From the NCBI GenBank assembly GCA_951406725.2, contig OX597831.1, forward strand, positions 69,750,001 to 69,814,000: a DNA stretch of 64,000 nt. The letters run 5' to 3'. Shown one piece after another: positions 42,546 to 53,766 of the stretch (positions are counted from its first letter, which is position 1; each line of letters opens with the position of its first letter). Position numbers and translations under genes: made by a program. Below the pieces are notes generated by a model, which ran no database searches, was not told where the DNA came from, and was given only the letters and a program-made list of their open reading frames with translations. Source of the DNA: Octopus vulgaris (lineage: Eukaryota).

Positions 42546-45296
42546 CTACAGGATCATGCTCAAAATGGTTTCGTCACTAGCACGCACCATCTTTGCAACA
42601 TTCACCCATCTTTTTTTGAATCTTTCGCGAGACAAAACTTCCCTCTCCATTCTCACCTTCCTTTTCAAGTGGTACTTGAAAAAGTTGATGAGCGATTGGC
42701 TAGAGAGGTAAGTGTTTGTCTCTAATCCTTTCGCTCGGGTCCACCACACACATTCTTTCATCATGGCCACCAGTACGATGAAAACTGCCTTGCCTTCCCG
42801 GTTGAGGGAAGGGGGCGGAGCAATTCTAACGATAGACTCGGCCGATAGGCGGATTCGTCCCACACGTGACAGCAGCCGTTCGGCATAAGCCCACAGGTCT
42901 GAAATGGTTGGACATTGCACGAGTGCGTGCAGAACGGTTTCGTCGCTCTGGCCGCATCTCGGGCAAGTCGGTCCAGTGTGTCTGGAACCGTGTCTGTAGA
43001 GCTTATCCCGAACAGGTAATGCTTCTCGATAGCACTGCCAGGCCAGGGATCTTTGGTGATTGTTCATAGGTCCCGGCCCGAAAGTTGTCCTGAACAGGCG
43101 GGTCAGGTGTTCCTCGTCGACGCCCAGACTCTGCCCGAGTTCGTCGTCGCGCCTCCCCTCCACTAATCCTCTATAGAATGCCTTTGTTGTGATGGAGTCG
43201 CACAAGTTCGATCCCGGACGGCAGAGTTGCTTGAGAGCAACGCGACACTCGCGGTGCCATTCGCCTAGCCTCGGTCTCTGCTTGATACATGACTGTAGTT
43301 CGTCCAAGGAGACGAGCTGCGGGAAAGCGCGCCGCACAAAAGGCGACCACACCTGTTCACCGTTGTCTATGAAGCGCCGGAGATGTCGCAGTCTCAGCGC
43401 ATGTCTGCGCATCATCAACCACGGCATGCCCAGCCCTCCAATCAGCGGGTGTTGACAGCAAATGGATCGCCTAACCATCGGAACGTTTCCCTTCCACAAG
43501 AAGCGGAAGAGTATACGTTCCAGTTTGGTGATGGTAGGGTCGGGACAAGGCACGACGGTCAGACGATACTCGATGACGGATGCGATGTACGCGTTCACCA
43601 CCTCCGCCCGACCTTTTAGGGATAGCTTTCTCTCAGCCCATTTCTGGGTGATAGTAGCCACCCTAGTCGTTATCTCGCCCCAGTTCTTCTCCATTTGGAG
43701 GTCCGGACCGAACCAGACCCCGAGCAATTTAACCGGTCCGTCCGTCCAGCGTCCCACGATGGAGACACTGTTGGACGGCATGGGCCTGCTTCTCCAGGTG
43801 CCGAGCCGCAAGCCCACTGACTTTTCCCGGTTAATTTTTGCTCCCGTTACCGCTTCGTATTCTTTTAGTGTCTCGCCGACCAGCTCGATGTGCTCGTAGC
43901 TCGACACTATGACGGTGACGTCATCCGCGTATGCAGACACGCTCCTCCCGCATCCCAGCTCTCGTGGGATGCCCCTCAGCGTCGCCAGTTTCCGCAGTAG
44001 TAGCTCAAGAGTCAATACATACAGCAGCGATGAGAGGGGGCATCCCTGACGAACCGAACGCATGATGTTAAAAGGTCTGGATAGATGACCATTTACGCGA
44101 ACTACTGAGCGGATGCCGCTGTATAAGGCAGCGATCCAACCGCGGAAAACTGGACCGAAACCAGCCGCTTTAAGGACAGCCTCCAAGTAGTGATGGTCTA
44201 CCCTATCGAAGGCTTTTGATTGATCCAAATTGATCAGCGCCCCACCCATGCCAGGATTCTTAACTACCCTGTATATGATGTAGCGCATCAGATGGAGGTT
44301 GTCATGAATACTTCTACCCGGCACGGCGCATGTTTGCGCTTTGTCGATTAGTTTCTTGATGACAAGCGCCAACCTCTCGGCTAACACCTTGGCCAAAATT
44401 TTCAAATCTGCGTTGAGCAGAGTGATGGGCCTGAAATTATCTATGACGTCCCCCTTGTTTGGGTCTTTCTTAATCAGTGCCACTGCTCCTCGCTTTACAA
44501 AAGCAGGAATACTCCCGTTTTGCTGCCAGTTGCAGTAGACAGCTGCCAAGACGCCTCCAAACAAGTCTGGCATATGAAAATAAAGTTCGTAGGGCAGACC
44601 ATCCAAGCCTGGTGACTTGTCTCTCGCGCAGCCTACCATCGCATCCTGTACGTCCGCAGCTGTGATAGGCCTTTCACAAGACTCCACCTCTCTTGCTGAG
44701 AGTCGTGGCAAGGCATGCAGGTAGGCACTAAAGTCCACTCTGCGTTCTGACCCACCACTTGTCCCAAACAGTTGGGTGAAGTGTTGTTGAAAAGCCCCAC
44801 ACATCCTTTTAGGCTCGAGCAATTCGCGCCCCTGTTCATCTATAAGAGACTTGATGGTGGCTCTGTTGCCTCGTTGCGTCTCCACCACTCGGGCCTCTTG
44901 GGCGGCTCCAACTCCTTCGTTCCTCAGAGCACGCATCCTAGCTCTGACAACGCATCCCTCGTGTTTGGCGTTGAGGTGTTGGTCGAGGGCCAATCTCGCC
45001 GCCAGCACGTTGGACGCGATGCCAGTTCTAAGTGCCTCTTCTAAAACCTTAACTAATTCTCCCTCTATTCTATTTCGGTCTAATGCTAGGGCTCTACTGT
45101 ATCTGACTGATTCTGCTTTAATTGCTTTTTTTAGGGCATACCACCATCTGTTGTTGATGATGGTACCCGTCAAAGCTCTCTTAACTAATGTGCTGATCCG
45201 GTCCCTGTAAACCTGTCGTGCTGTAAAAGACGCGTTCAGTTTCCAGTAACCAGGACCCTGCCTATGTGTCTTATCTAAGTCAAGTGTACAAGTCAC
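42546..45296 (-). CDS. ORF2 C-terminal part: reverse transcriptase plus C-terminal zinc finger (L1/Tx1 type)
   Basis: 916-aa open frame with GPGYWKLN, KSPGLDGLPYE, NFRPITLLNADLKILAK, LDQSKAFDRV, SVRQGCPLS, YADD, GGLGMP and CPRCGQSDETVLHALVQC. Confidence 0.95.
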   Translation of the reverse strand: MTCTLDLDKTHRQGPGYWKLNASFTARQVYRDRISTLVKRALTGTIINNRWWYALKKAIKAESVRYSRALALDRNRIEGELVKVLEEALRTGIASNVLAARLALDQHLNAKHEGCVVRARMRALRNEGVGAAQEARVVETQRGNRATIKSLIDEQGRELLEPKRMCGAFQQHFTQLFGTSGGSERRVDFSAYLHALPRLSAREVESCERPITAADVQDAMVGCARDKSPGLDGLPYELYFHMPDLFGGVLAAVYCNWQQNGSIPAFVKRGAVALIKKDPNKGDVIDNFRPITLLNADLKILAKVLAERLALVIKKLIDKAQTCAVPGRSIHDNLHLMRYIIYRVVKNPGMGGALINLDQSKAFDRVDHHYLEAVLKAAGFGPVFRGWIAALYSGIRSVVRVNGHLSRPFNIMRSVRQGCPLSSLLYVLTLELLLRKLATLRGIPRELGCGRSVSAYADDVTVIVSSYEHIELVGETLKEYEAVTGAKINREKSVGLRLGTWRSRPMPSNSVSIVGRWTDGPVKLLGVWFGPDLQMEKNWGEITTRVATITQKWAERKLSLKGRAEVVNAYIASVIEYRLTVVPCPDPTITKLERILFRFLWKGNVPMVRRSICCQHPLIGGLGMPWLMMRRHALRLRHLRRFIDNGEQVWSPFVRRAFPQLVSLDELQSCIKQRPRLGEWHRECRVALKQLCRPGSNLCDSITTKAFYRGLVEGRRDDELGQSLGVDEEHLTRLFRTTFGPGPMNNHQRSLAWQCYREALPVRDKLYRHGSRHTGPTCPRCGQSDETVLHALVQCPTISDLWAYAERLLSRVGRIRLSAESIVRIAPPPSLNREGKAVFIVLVAMMKECVWWTRAKGLETNTYLSSQSLINFFKYHLKRKVRMEREVLSRERFKKRWVNVAKMVRASDETILSMIL

Positions 45297-45979
45297 AAAC
45301 TTGTGATCTGTGTAACTGACTATATGAAATTGTGGACAACCTACACTATTTTTATCTATTGTCCTACAGAATACTCTAAGTATGATCTGGACGACCCGAT
45401 GCGGTTACTCCATGTCCACATTGGCACATTCGGGTGGTCCAGTCGGTACCTGTCAGACAGTTGGAAACGTCTGAGCAGGTCTTTGAGACATTTGCATCCC
45501 CTTCTATTGCTATCTCTGCCCACGTAGTCTAGACGCGTGTCCAGGGTGGCATTCCAATCCCCCACTAAAAGTAAAGGACGAGACGTTCCCATGAAAGACT
45601 CTAGACGTCGAAAGAAATCTGGTCGGCCTGTTAAGGACGGAGCATGAACTACTATCAGTCGAAAAGCACACTCATTGCTGCCATCGACATCCAAAACGAC
45701 CAGCCTACCTTCCGGGTCTATGAAATTTGCTCTTACTTTGAGATCCAGACTCTTCCGGATAAGCACCGCGGTGCCACCTCCGCCCATTCTCGGTAGACAC
45801 GGAGAAAAATAAATGTTGAAATGTGTACCAAAAATGTGCTGGAGTGCCCGCAAGCTGTGGAGTCTGGTCTCACTGATGGCTATGATATTCAGATTTAGTG
45901 ACTTGATGTCATTTAACAGGTAGCCTTGTTTCCAAGGCGACCCCAAGCCACGTACATTTATACTGCCTATTCTGAGCAT
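45297..45979 (-). pseudogene. ORF2 N-terminal APE-type endonuclease, separated from RT by one frameshift near 45375
   Basis: MLRIGSINVRGL, ISETRL, GDWNA and SRSYL motifs. After the shift the frame reads VFCRTIDKNSVGCPQFHIVSYTDHKFVTCTLD, in frame with the RT ORF. Confidence 0.9.
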
Positions 45980-46049
45980 GTTCCGATAAAATTGTGTTTT
46001 ACACACGAAAAGAAAGTGCAAAAAAGGAAAGAGAGAGAGAGAGAAAAGG

Positions 46050-48385
46050 TTACTTGTTGTTCGAAAGTCCTTTGCTTTTCACCTCACAGTCTTCTTCTAT
46101 GAGGCTTTTGTATAGTTTTTTTGATGAATACTTTTGAAATCTCCCTACTGCATCAGGGTAAAGAGATTTCAGGGTGCTGTATGTGTTCTGTGTTACGTGT
46201 ATTATTTTAATGTGTTGTGTTGTTGTTGTGCGTGGGTGGTTACTTGTTTTTATGTCGTTTTCAGTTATGTTGGTGTTTGACCTAAAGTGTTGCATTAGGT
46301 CGTGGTTGTTTGTGTTTATGGCTGTCAACATTGTTGGGGGGTTTGATGATGGTGTGTTTGTGTTGATGTGTTTGTTTTCTGTGGATGTTTTTGTTTCGGA
46401 AGTGGTGTATCTTCCTGCTTTGTTTGTTATCTTTTCTTTTCTTTTTTTTTCCCTTTTTCTTCTCCCCCCTGTGGCTATTTGCCAATCTTCTGTGTCTTCT
46501 TCGTCTAATGACAAATCAGAAGAATCAGAGCTTGGAAGAGGGAAAATATTGGGGTCTATTGTAGACTGTGTTGATTTTGTTGTTGGTGTTGGTTGGTGAG
46601 CGTTTGGTTGTGGTGTATGCGGTTTTGGAGGTGGGGTGTGGGTATTTTGTGTTTGAGTGATTGTAGGTATTGTTGTGTTGTTTGGGGTCTCAATTTTGTG
46701 GCGATTTGGAGTAGTAATTGTTTCTTCATTTTCGCTGAGTGTCTTTTTGGCAGATGTCCTTGGTTTGGGAGTTGGTTTATTCTTGGTTGTTGTTGTTGGT
46801 GATGTTGCTTCTGTTCTTGGTGCAGTTGGTGTGGTTGTTTGGTTGGTGAGGTTTGTTTTTTGTTGGTTTTCTGTGATTAGTCCTGTTCGTGCAAAACGTG
46901 GTGTGGGTAGTAAACCTGGTTTATTTGTTTTTTTCCGGTTGCAGTTGTTGTTGCTGTTGTTTTCTTGCGGCAGATTTGCAGTCTTTTTTTAGGTGTTGCT
47001 CACTGCCGCATATGTAGCAACGTGGTCTTCTGCCATCGACGACCACATACAACTTGTGGTCTTCTGATAAACATATCTGGGTGGGTATTTTTTTTATGTC
47101 TTCTTGATTTATATGTAGTAGAAATTCTACTTTTTTTCCCACCCAGTTTTTGTGCTCCGTGACCGTGGTTTCTAAAATAGTGAAATTTTTCATTTTTACA
47201 CATAAGGTCTTTACTAGCCATAGATTATTAGCTATTTTTGGGACATTGTTTAAAGTGATCTTAGTCACTTTCTGTCCCCGATAGCTTGGTGTTAATGTAA
47301 GTTCATCTGAATGAAGAGTTAGCGTTGAGAAACGTCTTGCTAACTCTTCAGTGTGGAAAACCACTTGTATGTGTGCGAACTTGTTCCACCAGGTCACATA
47401 GTCTTTGTAGTTCCAGATGGGTTTCAAGCATTTTTCTATTTTGCTTGTGTTAGCCTAATCTGGGCTTTTTGCTTTCTTATTAATTATTTTATAAATAATT
47501 GTTCTTTTTTTTTCATCTTCTAATATTTCTTCTGGTATGTTTATTTTTACTACACCATCTATTTCTGTTATTGTAATGTTCGTGTCTTTTATTTGTTGAG
47601 CAGTAAAATATACTGTTGTCTTTTTTTCTTTAATCGCCTCGGCGAAATTTGTTGTTGTTTTGTTATTGTTGTTGCTGGTGGTGATGTTGTTGTTGGCTGC
47701 AGTTGGTAAAATTGGTGTATTTGGTTTGATTGTGCAAGTAGGAAGTGGGTGGAAAATTATTTTCATAATTTATCCCTGTATTCGAGCAGCTTTTGTCAAT
47801 TTGTTTGGTGGTCACAGTCTTTTGTTTATTCACTTCAGTTCTTGTTGTTGGAGTAAAACAGGTCTGAACGGAATTGTTGTTGTTGTTATTGTTGTTTTTG
47901 TTGTTGATAGTGGTGTCAGTGGCAGAAGAGACAGCCGTGGCAGCAGATGTCGAAATGGTGGCGCAATTTTTATTTTTGTTGTCATTGTTATTGTTGTTGT
48001 TGTTGGTAGTTGAGGTAGTGGATGAGGTGGCGGCGGCGGTGGTGGTGGTGGTGGTGAAGGCGGTGGTGGTGGTGGTGGTGAAGGCGGTGGTGGTAACAGT
48101 AGTAGTGTCTATGTTGTTCTTGCTAGTGGTGGTGTTGGTGACAGGGCTGTTACTACAAGTAGTTGTAGCGTTCATTGCAAAGTCATTGATGATTTTACTT
48201 TGCGTGCATAAATTCGTTTTTTCTCCTAGCGTTTCCAGTCTAGGAGAAAGCTGGTCGATAAAGGAACGCGACCATCGTTCTACAATACAATTTCTTGACA
48301 TTTTGAAAATGTCGAGAAAGAAATTACAAAAATTAAATAGGGTTGAAACTGCCCCTTGGGGCGAATTCCTCCCTTGGAAAAGCAC
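46050..48385 (-). pseudogene. ORF1 (gag-like nucleic-acid-binding protein), interrupted by frameshifts and one in-frame stop
   Basis: Consecutive minus-strand ORFs 48385-47663, 47766-47455, 47427-46921 and 46514-46050. Contains the RRPRCYICGSEQHLKKDC zinc knuckle, T/N-rich low-complexity flanks and a basic RRKREKKRK patch. Confidence 0.8.
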
Positions 48386-48498
48386 TCAAACGAAAGTTGG
48401 GTGCCTTACACAACTTATTTACAAAAATGTACACAAAAATTGGGCTATAAATAGTCAATATAAACGATTACCTTCGGAGTCGAAGTGACAGCACGTCC

Positions 48499-48504
48499 AT
48501 AGAC

Positions 48505-48539
<35 letters not shown>

Positions 48540-48548
48540 CAGATAGAC

Positions 48549-48615
<67 letters not shown>

Positions 48616-48619
48616 CAGA
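48499..48619. repeat. (GATA)n microsatellite with GACA variants, right flank of the retrotransposon
   Basis: Directly visible; starts ATAGACAGATAG. Confidence 0.97.
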
Positions 48620-48655
48620 TGCTCATTAAATCAATTTATTGAGGTTCAAAATGAA

Positions 48656-50800
48656 TTATAAATCGAAAATTCCCTTCATTACAATATGTTTTTGTTTTCC
48701 TCCTCCAAGGTAAACTCTGACATTATAATTACTTTTTACTCGACTTAGTGCTATATACAATTGACTCTGATTGAAAACAGGTTCTTTCAAAAATGAAAGA
48801 AGTTTCTTCAAAGTTTGCCCTTGAGCTATGTGAATTGTCATGGCAAATGACAACAATACCGTGAATTGCTTCCTCAGCAAGAGTACAACCTCTTTGCTTA
48901 AATTCAGCTTTATTCTGGTTATCATTACAACTTCATTAACAAATATTCCAGAATTAATTTTTGCAATGATGATATTCTCTTTTAATTCTTGTACGATCAA
49001 TTTGGTTCCATTACAAAGCATTGGTGGATTATGATTCTTTAGCAATATAATTGGTGAGCCAACTCCCAATTTCAGCCTATGAGGGGGTATACCAGAAAAT
49101 TCCAGGGAATTTAAAATTCCAATGGAAAATGTATGATTTTAGCTTCTCCCTACAGACTATCGAAAGATCTGTACTTTTTCAGCTCTCCTGGAAAGAATTT
49201 AATCCATTCTTCATTTATGGCTCTTAAGATATCATTTTCATTGACTAAAATGCAGTTCTTTCAGAAGAGGTTCATCGGATCTTCAAATGATGGGTATATT
49301 TCTTTGATGCGTTCCTGCAATTCTTTTAAATTACTTATCAAATTTTGTGGGATCTGAATTTCTTCTTTTTCATTCTTGGGAATTAAATCTCTCTCAACAT
49401 TAAGAATGGATTGTAAATATTTCTCTTGACCCTCCCTCAAACGCATGTTGTGATGTAATTCAAGTTTTTCAAATTTTCTCCATAGAGAAGGTTTTTGATA
49501 CTTAAAATGACTATCTAAACGTTTGTTTCTCTCTTAACAAGTGGTAAATGTTGTCTGAAATCTCAATAACATATGCTTTTGCCAAATGGTACATCTTTGT
49601 TGCAGATATCTCTTAGTGTTCAGTGAACAGCTTTGAAGCATTCTCTTCTTATCATTGATATTTCATCTCAAATGTTGAGTTTTGTTTTTCTGATGACATA
49701 TTCTAAGTTGGATTTCTCCTCAATATCACAAACCGATTTTTCTTGAATTGAGATTGGAATCTTGAATTTGGAATTAGCCGTTCGTCCACCCGGCATCAAC
49801 GTAGCTACAATTCCAGATGAAGCAATAGCAAGTGCTATGTCACCTTTACCTCTGACATAAGCTAATAAGGTATTTGTGAGGAAAGTTTTTCCAGTTCCTC
49901 CTGGTGCCTCAATGAAAATGAGTGATGAGGGATTTGTGTTGGAACGTCCGACAACATGATTATAAATATTGCTCTTCATTAAGCAGTGGTGTCCTTTCTA
50001 CAACAATATTTCGCTGCTCATCATTGTTGTAGTTCAAGTCATGCAAAAATTCAGGATCGACTTCAATTTTTTCAGTATCGCGAGGAAGTGGTAAATTGAA
50101 ATCTAGATGTTTTGAAAAACATTTCAGTTTTTCTTGTATATACTTCAATACTTCAGTGATCCTTCATGATGCCTTTATTGACATAACAGACAAAAATCGT
50201 TCCTCTGTTGCTGTTCTTTCAAAAGTCATCTGACGTGGAATCTTTGAATTTCTCAGATGAATGCATCTGACAAATCTCCATGTGGGAGGACCATGATGAA
50301 TAAGTCGCTCATTTCTTTAAGAAGCCCTGTTATTAGTGCACTTTGCATGGTGTTGATCCAAATATTAGTCATCTTCAAGAAGTCCGCTTTCTTTACATGC
50401 CTTCTTAAATTTAGGAAGGATCATCCCGTTGTATGTTTATAATGTGATGAAACTTCATGTCCACGAACTTCAGGCACCAAAAGTTCTTAAATAATACAGT
50501 TCTCCTGCCTTTGGTGTGACGTATTTAAATGACACCTCTGAGGCAACGATTTCAACGTTGTGGTGACATTTGAATGCTCTTAAAAGAGTTTCATTATAAG
50601 ATACAACTCATTTGTTGCTGATTGTTTTTCTATTCTCAAGAGATTCAGCTCCTCCCATTGCAAATAATCTTCGTCTATAAAGAAGATAAGAATCCCTACA
50701 GACAATACTTTGCAAGCATTCTTTGAGAAATCTCTTGGAGCACAATCCATTCTTCCAAAGTTCTTAATTTTCATTCAAATGAACTTCGATTTTGCTCTAA
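48656..50800 (-). pseudogene. Decayed Helitron Rep/PIF1-like helicase
   Basis: Fragments FIEAPGGTGKTFL (Walker A), ASSGIVATLMPGGRTANSKFKIP, LCNGTKL, SFAMTIHIAQGQTL and PVFNQSQLYIALSRV, with many stops and frameshifts. Confidence 0.88.
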
Positions 50801-51555
50801 TGTTTCAGCTTTTTGTTCATAAATTTCATATTAATGAATGTGTTGATGTCCCCTTCGATCTTGTTCTAGTCTTTCAGCCCTTTCATCATAATTTTCGTTT
50901 AAACGTCAGATTTGTTGTCTTTCCAATCTACGTTGTTTCTGTTTTAATTGCCCTCCTTTTTGATTCAGACGTATTTCTCTGTTTATCTGATACCTCTCCC
51001 TTTCTCTGATCCTTTTGGTTTCACATGTCAGAATGCTCGAACCAGGCCTTTTTGGTGGCATCTGGGGAAAATATTCTTAAGAATTCTTATAAAAAATATC
51101 TCATAAAAATATAGGGAGAATTTCTGTCTTTCAGTTCATGGTGCTCTGAAAGTTGTATAAATGATTAAGGGAAGAAGTAATAAATAAAGAAAAAGGAGAG
51201 AAGGTGGTAGCCGCAACGACTCTTTGAAGTGTCACTGCTGCAAATCGACGTTTTCAACTCGATCTTTTTTTCAAAGGGGGAAATGACTATTTCATTTGTA
51301 ATCGTTATCATCTTAATCATAGAGCAGGAAAACAGACAAACTTTTAATTTTAGTATAAAATTGATAAATATGTTAGACCTGATCATAGTCAGTTCAAGGA
51401 AATGAACCCATTAGAATATTTTTTACTACTTTTCCTTTGAATCAAATACTGCAGAAACCAATGTAAACAAAGAAGGAGGAAATATTTTGAGGTTTTCCAC
51501 ATTCTTGTAAGAAAGTTAAAAATTCCAGAACTTTTAGGAATATGGTCTGAATATA

Positions 51556-51773
51556 CACGAGGAGGTGTTGAAAATCCCTGGCGTTAAGGGTATCACGAAA
51601 GGCCTGGTAGGAGGCACAACCTTCCCAAGTTTATTTACAGGACTTAGAAAAACTGAAGGACCACTGCAATAAGTATGAATCACAAAAGGGGAATACATAG
51701 AATAAAATCATAATTGACTGATCCTCCTGTATTTTCTTTTACCCAGAGTCAGGAATTTTTCCACATTCCTCGC
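51556..51773. mobile_element. Mariner-type MITE
   Basis: Imperfect inverted termini CGAGGAGGTGTTGAAAATCCCTGGC / GTCAGGAATTTTTCCACATTCCTCG. Confidence 0.65.
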
Positions 51774-51851
51774 ATGTGTGCATACATATGTGTGTGTGTG
51801 TGTGTGTGTGAGTGTGTGTAGAAGGTTAAAAAGTAACACACAACTTGATAT

Positions 51852-52178
51852 ATATAAGGGAAATAAGACTAGGTAGAAAATGTTAAAATAATTTTATCAT
51901 GAAATACATTATGTAAAGATTTGTTCCTATTTCAGTCTTTTTGACTTTTTCAACTAAGAGTAAAAACAAGAAAAACAATTAAATGGAAGAAAACATTCAA
52001 TGAAATGTTTTGGAAATATTTCCATAGTCTTCTAATAGGTAGGACATTTTCTTCTATTAATTGTTTTTCTCGTTTTACTCTTAGTTGAAAAGACTGAAAC
52101 AGACACTGACCTTTACAAAATGTATTTCATGATAAAATTATTTTAGTATTTTCTGCCTTGTTTGATTTTCCTTATATA
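51852..52178. repeat. Foldback element, arms of about 140 bp
   Basis: AAAATAATTTTATCATGAAATACATT / AATGTATTTCATGATAAAATTATTTT and TTTTCAACTAAGAGTAAAA / TTTTACTCTTAGTTGAAAA. Confidence 0.85.
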
Positions 52179-52182
52179 TGTG

Positions 52183-52582
<400 letters not shown>

Positions 52583-52696
52583 CACATATATTACAGAATA
52601 CAAAAGATGAAGACAGGTGAGGGAACAACAAACTAGTGTATTTGTTTGACGCCTCCGCTCTTCGACAGAAAGGATTGGGAAGGAAAACATGCAGAG

Positions 52697-52984
52697 ATAT
52701 AAACAAATAATAACAGATAGATTGCGGTTCATTGCAGCTGTTTCAGACGTGTTTTTTTTTTTGTATTGATGAACAGAAGTGTTACATCATGCAAAACAAA
52801 AAAACAAAACAAAACAAAGATAAAAGTTTCCATCAGATGAATATAGTAAGAATGAAATATTTAGAACTTTTTGTGCCATATGACATTACCAAACCATGAT
52901 ATAACACTTATGTTCATCAATAAAAAAAAACACATCTGAAACAGCTGTAGTGAACTCCAATCCACCTGTTGTTATTTGTTTATC
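52697..52984. repeat. Foldback element, arms of about 95 bp
   Basis: ATAAACAAATAATAACAG...GCAGCTGTTTCAGACGTG...ATTGATGAACA / TGTTCATCAAT...CACATCTGAAACAGCTGT...CTGTTGTTATTTGTTTAT. Confidence 0.85.
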
Positions 52985-53267
52985 CTTTGCCTAACTCAGA
53001 ACCTGCAATTCGTTTGGATACAGAATCTATAAGATGGTAGTGCAATAGATGCAATGAGTATACCTATGTGTGATCTTGATGACTCATGTATTCAGTCAGC
53101 CATTTATGAATGTTTGTATAACTGGAGAGCAAATCCATATTTGTTTTAGGAAGTACATATCTGTCCTTAAATATTGTTTGTACATGAAACTACTATCACC
53201 GACCTGACCTTGATGCTTTCATTATTCAAGTATTTAATTCTCTTGAATCCTGGAAATTTATACACAT

Positions 53268-53303
<36 letters not shown>

Positions 53304-53536
53304 GTCACTAAAGTGACTAAGGGTGCAAGTCAGCATTGCTAAAAATAAGAGTCAAAACAACTCTTAGCTACAGGCAAAGTACTTTTCTATTGACTGACGA
53401 GGGAGACAACCTCCATACAGCAAGTGAGAGCACCAGTTCATCGATGGTTTTGGATTGAATTAATCGGTATCAGTGACACTTATTCCGTTGCCTAGGGTCA
53501 AGGTGAACTCGTTTTATCAGTTTGTAGAAAATACTT

Positions 53537-53766
53537 ATTTCTTTATTACCCACAAGGGGCTAAACACAGAGGGGACAAACAAGGACAAACATAGGTATTA
53601 AGTCGATTACATCCACCCCAGTGCGTAACTGGTACTTAATTTATCGACCCCGAAAGAATAAAAGGCAAAGTCGACCTCGGCGGAATTTGAACTCACAACG
53701 TAACGGCAGTCGAAATACCGCTAAGCATTTCGCCTGGCGTGCTAACGTTTCTGCCAGCTCGCCGCC
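53537..53766 (-). mobile_element. SINE family B, second copy with the same tail
   Basis: Reverse complement aligns along the length of 21223-21451. Confidence 0.85.

Larger units (their letters stand above)
42250..48498 (-). mobile_element. Full-length L1/Tx1-type non-LTR retrotransposon inserted in a (GATA)n microsatellite
   Basis: ORF1 with a CX2CX4HX4C knuckle, then ORF2 with APE, RT and CCHC. The 3' end reads ...GGCTAATAAAAGAAA. (GATA)n lies on both sides, with ATAGAC at 42244-42249 and 48499-48504. Confidence 0.93.

Noticed and set aside
42866-45210. Plus-strand ORFs overlapping the RT
   Set aside because: Antisense shadows of a GC-rich coding frame with no recognisable motifs.
48656-49979. 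Host PIF1 helicase gene
   Set aside because: Intronless, full of stops and frameshifts, and followed by a Helitron-like terminus.
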